Source: Synechococcus sp. (GTDB lineage: Bacteria; Cyanobacteriota; Cyanobacteriia; PCC-6307; Cyanobiaceae). Taken from it: a stretch of 64,000 nt of DNA. The notes beneath the pieces were generated by a model. That model was not told the origin of the DNA. It worked only from the letters and a program-made list of their open reading frames with translations, and searched no databases. The stretch is from contig JBJBEO010000001.1 of NCBI GenBank assembly GCA_047284725.1, positions 2,168,203 to 2,232,202 on the forward strand. Direction: 5' to 3'. This document shows positions 1 to 7,314 of this stretch, one piece after another. Positions within the stretch are counted from its first letter, which is position 1, and the number at the start of each line of letters is the position of its first letter. A program made the translations under genes and the position numbers.

Positions 1-2
1 GG

Positions 3-251
3 CAAGACCTGATCGACCGCTACGACGTCAACGGCATCCCCCAGCTGAATCTCTTCAGCGCAACAGGTCAGATGCGGGGGCGCTCCCTTGGCCTGCGAAC
101 CGCACCCCAACTGGCGGCGCTGAGTACTGCTCTGATCAACAACACCCCCCTGCCCCAATTCGCCGGCATCGGCAGCATCAGCAGCCTTGAAGCTGCGGAC
201 GCGATTGCAACAGCCTCGGCCACCAGTGCCAGTCCGCGCAGCCATGGCTGA
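3..251 (+). CDS. Thioredoxin-like thiol:disulfide interchange protein (TxlA-like), C-terminal part; 5' end lies outside the window
   Basis: Manual translation of frame 3: QDLIDRYDVNGIPQLNLFSATGQMRGRSLG...PRSHG*, containing the thioredoxin-fold 'Y.V.GIP' cis-Pro motif; stop TGA at 249-251. Confidence 0.7.
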   Translation, partial: QDLIDRYDVNGIPQLNLFSATGQMRGRSLGLRTAPQLAALSTALINNTPLPQFAGIGSISSLEAADAIATASATSASPRSHG

Positions 252-305
252 CGAAAACAGGCATGATCATCCCGTCATCACTCCAATACCAAACCACCCC
301 CTGCC

Positions 306-1031
306 ATGGATCCCCGCTTTCGGGTCGACCTGATCGCCGCCACCCCCAACCCGCAGCAATGCGTGTATGCCGGCATGCATCAGGATTACAGCGAGGGCTT
401 CGTTGCCGGGGATCGCGAGCAATGGCCCGATGAAACCCGTGCAGGCGAAATCTGCGTCAAGCGCCTCCTGGCTGGTGAGAGAGGCCATTACGGACCGCTG
501 GAACATGCTCAGATCGTGCTGAACGTCGGCTGGTTTCCCCACTCGGTGATGCAGCAGGCCCGCACCCACCGAGTCGGGGTGAGCTTCGATGTGCAGTCCA
601 TGCGCTACACCGGCGATCGCATCTGCAAGGCCGCCAACGGTGAGCTGCCACTCGAGGAGGTGTTCTATCTCCGCCCTGTCGGCACCTACAGCGATCGCCA
701 AGGTAAGAAATACGCCTACACCGACAGCCTTCGCGATCAAGACCTACAGCTCTGCCAGCAGGCTGCGGACCGGTACCGCTATCTGCTTCAGGCTGGCTTC
801 GCCGAAGAGCACGCTCGCGGCATACTCCCCTTTGATTACCGCCAGCACTTCGTCGTGAGCTTCAGCCTGCGGGCTTTCCTCCACTTCATGGATCTGCGGG
901 CCAAGCTCGATGCCCAGCAAGAGATCAGGGAATTATGCGATTTGCTCTGGCCACACCTTGAGGCCTGGGCTCCGGAGTTCGCTGGTTGGTACGAAAAAAC
1001 CAGATTGCACAGAGCACGACTGGCGCCCTGA
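306..1031 (+). CDS. thyX: FAD-dependent thymidylate synthase
   Basis: GHYGPLEH and QARTHRVGVSFDVQSMRY (ThyX signature), EHARGILP, AQQEIR. Confidence 0.95.
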   Translation: MDPRFRVDLIAATPNPQQCVYAGMHQDYSEGFVAGDREQWPDETRAGEICVKRLLAGERGHYGPLEHAQIVLNVGWFPHSVMQQARTHRVGVSFDVQSMRYTGDRICKAANGELPLEEVFYLRPVGTYSDRQGKKYAYTDSLRDQDLQLCQQAADRYRYLLQAGFAEEHARGILPFDYRQHFVVSFSLRAFLHFMDLRAKLDAQQEIRELCDLLWPHLEAWAPEFAGWYEKTRLHRARLAP

Positions 1032-1062
1032 GGACGCAAGCTTGGTGATCAGCATGAGCGAC

Positions 1063-1656
1063 TCAAACCTTCGCCAAGGTCACGCGCTCAGGCTGGTGCT
1101 GGTATTTGCCTTGCCGATCGCTGTAGGTGGTGGCGCAGGGGTCACCTTCAAAGAACAAGAGCTGGCAAATCCCTTCATTGGCATAGATACGGCAATCTGC
1201 GCCTGAGCTGTTGCTGAATTCCAAAGTCAGATGTCCTTCCCAGCTGGCCTCAGCCGGCGTGGTGTTCACGATGATGCCCAGGCGGGCATAGGTGCTCTTG
1301 CCCAGGCAGATCACAGTGATGTTCGGCGGCACCTTCATCTTTTCAAGCGCCACACCCAGTCCGTAGGAATGGGCCGGAAGAATGAAGTAGTCGCCATCCT
1401 CATCGTGGTGAAGTTCCGTTGGTTCGAGGTTGGCGGGGTTGAACCGTTTGGGGTTCATCACCGTGCCAGGCACGTGCTTGAAGATCAGAAACTCCTGCGA
1501 TGACAGGCGCAGGTCATAGCCATACGAAGAGCAACCAAAACTGAGCACAGGCCGTTGCCTTTGATCCGGTTCCAGGTGCCGCACGAGGCCAACCTGGAAG
1601 GGCTCAAGCATCCCCAGGGCGGCCTGCTCGGTGATCCAGCGATCGTTCTTGAGCAT
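1063..1656 (-). CDS. dcd: dCTP deaminase
   Basis: SFGCSSYGYDLRL, GKSTYARLGIIVNTTP, WEGHLTLEF, YANEGICQ, GKYQ motifs. Confidence 0.95.
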   Translation of the reverse strand: MLKNDRWITEQAALGMLEPFQVGLVRHLEPDQRQRPVLSFGCSSYGYDLRLSSQEFLIFKHVPGTVMNPKRFNPANLEPTELHHDEDGDYFILPAHSYGLGVALEKMKVPPNITVICLGKSTYARLGIIVNTTPAEASWEGHLTLEFSNSSGADCRIYANEGICQLLFFEGDPCATTYSDRQGKYQHQPERVTLAKV

Positions 1657-2264
1657 CAGAAGCCTCGACGCAATTCAGTGACCTGATCGGCCATCTCCAT
1701 CACGGAGTCTGGAATAGATGGGCCCGTGATGATCACATCCATCGAGCCAGGGCGCTGCTCAAGCGTGCTTCGCACCTCCTGCTCATCGAGATAACCCAAG
1801 GCGACAGCCAAACCGAGTTCATCGAGCACCAACTGGTCAAGATCACCACTGAGCAGATGGGCTCGACACACGCTCCACAAGGCCATGACGGCATCCCTGG
1901 TCGTGACGTCCTGACCTGAAGCAGCGTCGGAGAGACAGCAGGCCACATCAGGGCGCAGCCACTGCAGCCGACCGCAGAGCGTGAGACGCCGATCCGGCCC
2001 TTGCGCCACACCACCCTTGAGGAATTGCACCACCATCACGTGACTGCCAAGACCCGCAGCACGAAGCGCCTGACTCATCACCGTGGAAAAGCTGCCGCGA
2101 TACGAAGCCGTATGCACCTGGAGGTGCCCCTCGGGCGACACCAGATACAGGGGGGGTGGAGGTGTGAGCTGAGGCAATGGGTGCAAGCCCGCACGCTCCA
2201 AGGTCCGGTGATCCGCCAGGGAGGTCTCACCGGGACGATGGCTGGTGCTGAAGCTGGCTGTCAT
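1656..2264 (-). CDS. Cob(I)alamin adenosyltransferase (CobO/BtuR)-family protein with degenerate P-loop
   Basis: ALRAAGLG, VVQFLKGG, LVLDEL, DVIITG, ADQVTELR; its stop overlaps the dcd start (TGATG). Confidence 0.75.
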   Translation of the reverse strand: MTASFSTSHRPGETSLADHRTLERAGLHPLPQLTPPPPLYLVSPEGHLQVHTASYRGSFSTVMSQALRAAGLGSHVMVVQFLKGGVAQGPDRRLTLCGRLQWLRPDVACCLSDAASGQDVTTRDAVMALWSVCRAHLLSGDLDQLVLDELGLAVALGYLDEQEVRSTLEQRPGSMDVIITGPSIPDSVMEMADQVTELRRGF

Positions 2265-2337
2265 CAAAATCTCGTCGCGTCCGGGTCGGGCCCGCTGGAT
2301 TCAAACCTAGCGCCGCCGTTCAAGTTCACAAGCCTTT

Positions 2338-2357
2338 TGACACTATCCCTGGTGTCA
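2338..2357. promoter_or_regulatory. Palindrome TGACAC-N8-GTGTCA, NrdR-box-like
   Basis: Core ACACTATCCCTGGTGT (2340-2355) resembles the NrdR consensus acaCwAtATaTwGtgt and lies upstream of the cobO-like/dcd unit. Confidence 0.5.
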
Positions 2358-2468
2358 CGGCCCGGCGGAACGGTGTCAACGCTTACCCAGGGTTCTCCAC
2401 AACCCAGCAGCAACGACATCGCATCCCCTGGCAGGCTCAAGCCATCGCAACCGAATCACCCCTGACCG

Positions 2469-3215
2469 ATGTCGACCCCTTCCTTCCCAGAGGCCACGAA
2501 AGACCGCCATGACGGCAGGGACGCATCGACGCTGCGGCCTTTCTCGATCGAATGGGACCCCATGGGCTTTGCCATCAGCTCCCTGATCGTGCGCGCAGGA
2601 CGCACCACAGTGCTCTGCAGCGTGTGTCACGAAGAGGGTGTCCCTCGCTGGCGCAAGGGCCAGGGCAAGGGTTGGCTGAGCGCCGAATACCGACTGCTCC
2701 CCGGCTCAACCCCCGAACGCCAACGCCGGGAACTGCTCAAACTCTCCGGTCGAACCCAGGAGATCCAACGTCTGATTGGCCGCAGCCTGCGGGCGAGCAT
2801 TGACATGGAAGCGCTCGGCGAAAACACCCTGCTCATCGACTGCGATGTGATTCAGGCTGATGCAGGCACCCGCACCGCCTCCATCACAGGCGCCTGGGTG
2901 GCCCTGCAGCACGCCTGCAACACCCTGCTGACGCAAGGCTGCGTCGAACGGCAACCCGTTCTTCAGCAGGTGGCCGCGGTCTCCGTCGGGATCGTGCAGG
3001 GCGTTCCCCTGCTCGACCTTGACTACAGCGAAGACAGTCAAGCGGATGTCGATCTGAATGTGGTGATGGACAGCAACAACCACCTCCTGGAGATTCAGGG
3101 AACCGCTGAAGGTGCCGCCTTCAGCCGCACCGAACTGAATGGGCTACTCGATCTGACCGAACCAGGCCTGCGTCAGTTGATGGCCGCCCAGCGGCTGGCC
3201 CTAAGCAATCGCTGA
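2469..3215 (+). CDS. rph: Ribonuclease PH
   Basis: GWLSAEYRLLPGST, SGRTQEIQRLIGRSLR, DCDVIQADAGTRTASITG, EIQGTAEG. Confidence 0.95.
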   Translation: MSTPSFPEATKDRHDGRDASTLRPFSIEWDPMGFAISSLIVRAGRTTVLCSVCHEEGVPRWRKGQGKGWLSAEYRLLPGSTPERQRRELLKLSGRTQEIQRLIGRSLRASIDMEALGENTLLIDCDVIQADAGTRTASITGAWVALQHACNTLLTQGCVERQPVLQQVAAVSVGIVQGVPLLDLDYSEDSQADVDLNVVMDSNNHLLEIQGTAEGAAFSRTELNGLLDLTEPGLRQLMAAQRLALSNR

Positions 3216-3220
3216 ATTCG

Positions 3221-3262
3221 GTACCCGTTGCTACATGGGAGACCAGGGGGGATCCTTAGCGT
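3221..3262 (+). promoter_or_regulatory. NtcA-activated promoter of ntcA (autoregulation)
   Basis: Perfect GTA-N8-TAC (GTACCCGTTGCTAC, 3221-3234), 22-nt spacer, then -10 TAGCGT (TAN3T) at 3257-3262. Confidence 0.85.
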
Positions 3263-3286
3263 CCTTCGAACTGCAGTAGAGCCTTC

Positions 3287-4012
3287 ATGTCTGGAGTCAT
3301 GCACGGCTTCAGCCGTACCGTCTCTCCTCCCAAAGCGGCTTTCAGCCAAGCCGCGCCAGATCAGAAAGCCCGCACCCTGCTGGATGTGCTTCGCAATCTG
3401 GAGGGTGCCACCACCGAAATGGTGGAACGCGGCAAAACCATCTTTTTCCCTGGTGATCCCGCAGAAAGGGTGTACCTGATCCGACGAGGTGCCGTGCGTC
3501 TGTCTCGTGTGTATGAGTCCGGCGAGGAGATCACTGTGGCGCTCCTGCGCGAGAACAGCCTTTTCGGCGTTCTCTCGCTGCTCACAGGTCATCGATCCGA
3601 CCGCTTCTATCACTCCGTGGCCTTCACACGCGTGGAGATGCTCACGGCGCCTGCAGCGTCGGTACGCCAAGCCATCGAAGCCGATTCCGGCGTTGGCCTG
3701 CTGCTGCTTCAAGGCCTCTCGAGCCGGATCCTGCAAACCGAAACCATGATTGAAACCCTCACCCACCGCGACATGTCGTCACGGCTGGTGAGCTTCCTTC
3801 TGGTGCTTTGCAGGGACTTCGGCGTTCCCGATGATCGCGGCATCACCATCGATCTCCGCCTATCCCATCAAGCCATCGCTGAAGCGATCGGTTCGACCCG
3901 AGTGACGATCACCCGCCTGCTCGGGGATTTGCGCAATTCGGGGCTAGTGGAGATCGATCGCAAAAAAATCACGGTGCTCGATCCGATTGCTCTGGCCAAA
4001 AAATTCAGCTGA
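3287..4012 (+). CDS. ntcA: Global nitrogen regulator NtcA (CRP family)
   Basis: [47 protein letters not shown] helix-turn-helix. Confidence 0.97.
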   Translation: MSGVMHGFSRTVSPPKAAFSQAAPDQKARTLLDVLRNLEGATTEMVERGKTIFFPGDPAERVYLIRRGAVRLSRVYESGEEITVALLRENSLFGVLSLLTGHRSDRFYHSVAFTRVEMLTAPAASVRQAIEADSGVGLLLLQGLSSRILQTETMIETLTHRDMSSRLVSFLLVLCRDFGVPDDRGITIDLRLSHQAIAEAIGSTRVTITRLLGDLRNSGLVEIDRKKITVLDPIALAKKFS

Positions 4013-4073
4013 CACTGTCTCAGGCGACAATGCAGAGAGGTTGGCCCGGACATTCACCGACCACTAGGGACCG

Positions 4074-5282
4074 TTGACCGGCTGGCTTCTCATTCTCATT
4101 CTGCTGGTGCTCGGGGGCGTCCTTGCTCCCTTGGGTGATCGCTTGGGTACGCGTGTCGGCAAGGCCCGTCTCAGCCTTCTCGGCCTCAGGCCCCGCAACA
4201 CGGCAGTCGTGATTACGGTGCTCACCGGAAGCCTGATCTCAGCCCTGTCGCTGGGACTGATGCTGCTGGTGAGCCGACAACTGCGCGTCGGCCTGTTCGA
4301 GCTCAATACGCTGCAAGCGAAATTGAAGTCGAGCCGCAACGAGCTGGAACGCAGCCGTGCAGCCCAGGCCAAGGTTGCCCTGGAACTGGAGCAAGCCCAA
4401 TCGGAACGACAACGAGCCCGTCAAGATTTCACAGCAGCCCAGGCCAAAGTGGATGCGTTGCGCAAGGCCCTTGTTCCCCTCCAGCAACAACGCCAAGGCC
4501 TCGAGGCAGAGAGGCAGCGACTGAGCCGGGATGTGCAGGCCCGTGACGCTGAAATCCAGCGCACAGAAAAGGAGCTGGCCGATGTGCGAGCACGTATCAG
4601 CGCCGGTGAGAACGAATTACGCGAACTCGAGCAACAACGGCTGGCTCTGCGCTTGGGCAGCGTGGTGTTGAGCAGCGGCCAACCCCTGGCGACAGCCACC
4701 CTTCGCCTCGACAATCCGGGACAGGCGAAACAGGTGATCGACAAGTTGCTGCAGGAAGCCAATCTGCAGGCCTACCAACGCGTGCTGCCAGAAGAGAAGC
4801 CAGACCGACAAATCCTTCTGGTGCCACGCAATGACATCGAACGCCTCGAAGCCACGATCCAAAAGCCAGGCACCTGGGTTGTGAATATCCGCTCCGCCGC
4901 CAATGTTCTGCTCGGCGAAAAAGTGGTGTACGCCTTTCCGGAGGCAAGGCCCAACACCACCGTGGTGCAACGTGATGCTGTGCTGGCAACCACGGCCGTG
5001 GAGCGAGAGGAAATCAGCCCTGAGGCCATACGGAATCGCCTCAACCTTCTGCTGGCCTCCGCCTTGGCGGAGGCCCAGCGCCGAGGGTCTCTCGTCCAGG
5101 GCCTCCAATTTGACGCCAACGACCTCAATCAACTGGGGACAACTTTGCTGAGACGCTCCCCCTCCCGCGTTGCCCTCAAGGTCATCGCCATCGAGGCCAG
5201 TGATACGGCAGAGCCGGTGGTGATCAGGGTCCAACCCATCGGCGACATTCCTCAACCACGTTCTGTCGATCGCCGTGATTGA
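4074..5282 (+). CDS. DUF3084-family membrane-anchored coiled-coil protein
   Basis: GDRLGTRVGKARLSLLGLRPRNTA N-terminal motif, two hydrophobic segments, long coiled coil; TTG start. Confidence 0.8.
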   Translation: MTGWLLILILLVLGGVLAPLGDRLGTRVGKARLSLLGLRPRNTAVVITVLTGSLISALSLGLMLLVSRQLRVGLFELNTLQAKLKSSRNELERSRAAQAKVALELEQAQSERQRARQDFTAAQAKVDALRKALVPLQQQRQGLEAERQRLSRDVQARDAEIQRTEKELADVRARISAGENELRELEQQRLALRLGSVVLSSGQPLATATLRLDNPGQAKQVIDKLLQEANLQAYQRVLPEEKPDRQILLVPRNDIERLEATIQKPGTWVVNIRSAANVLLGEKVVYAFPEARPNTTVVQRDAVLATTAVEREEISPEAIRNRLNLLLASALAEAQRRGSLVQGLQFDANDLNQLGTTLLRRSPSRVALKVIAIEASDTAEPVVIRVQPIGDIPQPRSVDRRD

Positions 5283-5736
5283 GCCAAGCCAATCGATCGC
5301 GGCGATCGATCCAGGCCGCAGCAAATGCGGACTCGTGCTGGCGGATCCCATCACAAATGAAGTGATCGATGTGCTGGTGATCCCCGCCGATCAACTCTGT
5401 GACCAACTGACGCAGTGGCATGTCCACGCACCGTTGCGTGAACTGGTGATTGGCAACGGCACCTCCAGCAAGCAGTGGCAAGCGCAGATCGCACACCTTG
5501 CCCCGTTGGTGGAGGTGAATGAAGCCGGCACCACATTGCGGGCGCGCGAGCGCTACTGGCAGATCTGGCCCCCGCGGGGATGGCGCAGGCTTCTGCCGGA
5601 GGGACTGCGACTACCACCCTGCGAACTCGATGGCATCGCAGCCCTGGTGCTGCTGGAAGATCACCTCGGCAGGCGTTTGCATTGTCCATCCCCACCCAGT
5701 CAGGGACCGGGGCTCAGAACCGAGCCCGCACAGTGA
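5275..5736 (+). CDS. YqgF/RuvX-like RNase H-fold protein
   Basis: IAAIDPGRSKCGL, VIGNGTSS, VNEAGTTLRARERYW, DGIAALVLL. Confidence 0.8.
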   Translation: MIEPSQSIAAIDPGRSKCGLVLADPITNEVIDVLVIPADQLCDQLTQWHVHAPLRELVIGNGTSSKQWQAQIAHLAPLVEVNEAGTTLRARERYWQIWPPRGWRRLLPEGLRLPPCELDGIAALVLLEDHLGRRLHCPSPPSQGPGLRTEPAQ

Positions 5737-5971
5737 AGGTGTAATCGCCTCCCGCCTCCAGGTGATAGTCGGCCTTCACCAGAAACCGCAACAAGGCGTC
5801 TTGAATCAGAGCGCGGCCCAACGACGGTTCCACCATCAACTCACCCCGATCAAAGGCCCAGCTGAATTGCCAGGCAAACCCACCGGCGCTCACTTCGCCT
5901 TCCACACACTTGTCATGGAAGCTCTGGCGCAACACCCGCAGGTGAGCAGTGGTTGACGGCAAGGGCGTCAT
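5714..5971 (-). CDS. DUF3146-family conserved cyanobacterial protein
   Basis: TTAHLRV, GEVSAGGFAWQFSWAF, PSLGRALIQDALLRFL, DYHLEAGGDY. Confidence 0.75.
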   Translation of the reverse strand: MTPLPSTTAHLRVLRQSFHDKCVEGEVSAGGFAWQFSWAFDRGELMVEPSLGRALIQDALLRFLVKADYHLEAGGDYTFTVRARF

Positions 5972-6588
5972 GCCTTGTCAACCGATTCCAGTTGGAACCC
6001 GTTGAGACGATTGCCGGCTCGCTCAAGGCCTTGACGCTGAATCAGCTCCAGACCACGAAGCACCTCATCGAGGACGTCCTTCAGCAGCGGTTGCTCGGAA
6101 GCATTGAAACTGCCGAGCACATGGGACACAGTGCGAGCTTTTCGCTCTTCCGCAGACCGTCCCGGGGCTCCGATCCCAATCCGCAGCCGGGGGAACTCCT
6201 GGGTACCGAGATGCTGGATCGTGCTCTTCAAGCCATTGTGGCCACCTGCACTTCCCTTGGCCCGCAGCCGCAGACGCCCAAGCGGCAAGTCCATGTCATC
6301 GACCAACACCAGCAATTGGTCTGCCGAAACATCAAACCAATCCAAGGCAGCACGAATGGAGCGACCGCTCTCATTCATGTAGGTCTGGGGCATGAGCAGC
6401 CGCAATCGATCACGACCGAAGCCCACCTCAGCCAACTCAGCTTGAAGCTTGGCCATCGACTTGAAGCGCACGCCTTCGCGCCTGGCAAGCAATTCGAGGG
6501 CCATGAAGCCGACGTTGTGACGGGTACCGGCATAGCGTTGACCAGGGTTGCCGAGCCCCACCACCAGGCGGAGATCACCGGTTTGCAT
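5968..6588 (-). CDS. pth: Peptidyl-tRNA hydrolase
   Basis: VVGLGNPG, TRHNVGF, PQTYMNESG, GSAGGHNGLKS; start overlaps the tatA stop (TGATG). Confidence 0.96.
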   Translation of the reverse strand: MQTGDLRLVVGLGNPGQRYAGTRHNVGFMALELLARREGVRFKSMAKLQAELAEVGFGRDRLRLLMPQTYMNESGRSIRAALDWFDVSADQLLVLVDDMDLPLGRLRLRAKGSAGGHNGLKSTIQHLGTQEFPRLRIGIGAPGRSAEERKARTVSHVLGSFNASEQPLLKDVLDEVLRGLELIQRQGLERAGNRLNGFQLESVDKA

Positions 6589-6878
6589 CAACCTTCCGTC
6601 GTCGTCTGGGCTGGCTGGTCATTCGATCCAGTCGAGTCAGATGGATCCTGAACCGCAGTCTGAGCAGCTGGCGGTGCAGAAGTTGAAACGTCCTCAAGCT
6701 GAGGATCAGCCATAGCCTTGTTGATCTCGCGCTCGAATTCCTTGGAAGCGGACTGGAATCCCTTCAGCGTTTTACCGAGCGTTCGACCAAGTTCGGGAAG
6801 TCGCTTCGGCCCAAACACCAGAAGGGCCACAGCGCCAATGACGGCCATCTCTGGAAGGCCGATCCCGAAAACGTTCAT
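6588..6878 (-). CDS. tatA: Twin-arginine translocase TatA/E subunit
   Basis: MNVFGIGLPEM...LLVFGPKRLPELGRTLGKTLKGFQ. Confidence 0.92.
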   Translation of the reverse strand: MNVFGIGLPEMAVIGAVALLVFGPKRLPELGRTLGKTLKGFQSASKEFEREINKAMADPQLEDVSTSAPPAAQTAVQDPSDSTGSNDQPAQTTTEG

Positions 6879-6887
6879 GAATCAAGT

Positions 6888-7088
6888 TCAGCCGAGGCCG
6901 TTCCAGTTGACGTTGATGCCCTCAAGGATGAGCGACTTGTTGTACAGCTGAAGAATCACAAGCAGGAAGACCAGAAACAGCACCATGAAGATGCCCATCA
7001 CTGGAGTGGTCCCCCATCCAGGCACTACCTTGCCGTACTCAGAGTTCAGGGGACGGAGGAGATCTCCCAGACGAGTGCGTTGAGCCAT
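6888..7088 (-). CDS. psbH: Photosystem II reaction centre protein H
   Basis: [31 protein letters not shown]; start set to the ATG at 7088, inside the longer track ORF. Confidence 0.96.
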   Translation of the reverse strand: MAQRTRLGDLLRPLNSEYGKVVPGWGTTPVMGIFMVLFLVFLLVILQLYNKSLILEGINVNWNGLG

Positions 7089-7101
7089 AGCGGCGCTTGG
7101 G

Positions 7102-7167
7102 TCTCGGGTGAGGTTCAGTCTGGATACTGTAGTGGTCCTGACCTTGATCAGGTCGAACCTGTCGAGA
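7102..7167. ncRNA. Structured RNA element between divergent psbH and psbN (psbNH RNA motif candidate)
   Basis: Nested pairings TCTCG(7102-06)/CGAGA(7163-67), AGGTTC(7111-16)/GAACCT(7155-60), AGT/ACT (7117-28), GACCT(7140-44)/AGGTC(7150-54); location matches the known psbNH motif. Confidence 0.65.
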
Positions 7168-7173
7168 GATGTG

Positions 7174-7314
7174 ATGGAAAGTTCCTCACCAGCCCTGTCT
7201 GTTGCGATCGCCGTGCTTGCTGTGCTGCTGGGCCTAACCGGGTTCGGCGTGTACACCGCCTTTGGGCCTCCCTCCAAACAGCTCGACGATCCGTTTGATG
7301 ATCACGACGACTGA
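7174..7314 (+). CDS. psbN: PsbN (photosystem II assembly factor)
   Basis: [12 protein letters not shown]...[20 protein letters not shown], divergent from psbH. Confidence 0.95.
   Translation: MESSSPALSVAIAVLAVLLGLTGFGVYTAFGPPSKQLDDPFDDHDD

Noticed and set aside
2268..2468. Cobalamin riboswitch upstream of the CobO-like gene (also checked upstream of cobS)
   Set aside because: No recognisable B12-box or GGGAA core seen by eye, and the cobS-tgt spacer is too short.
6888..7277. N-terminally extended track ORFs (psbH 129 aa, murJ 633 aa, sfsA 375 aa, pyrE 288 aa, WecA-like 443 aa)
   Set aside because: The extensions overlap neighbouring real genes and precede the family-typical starts, so coordinates were trimmed.
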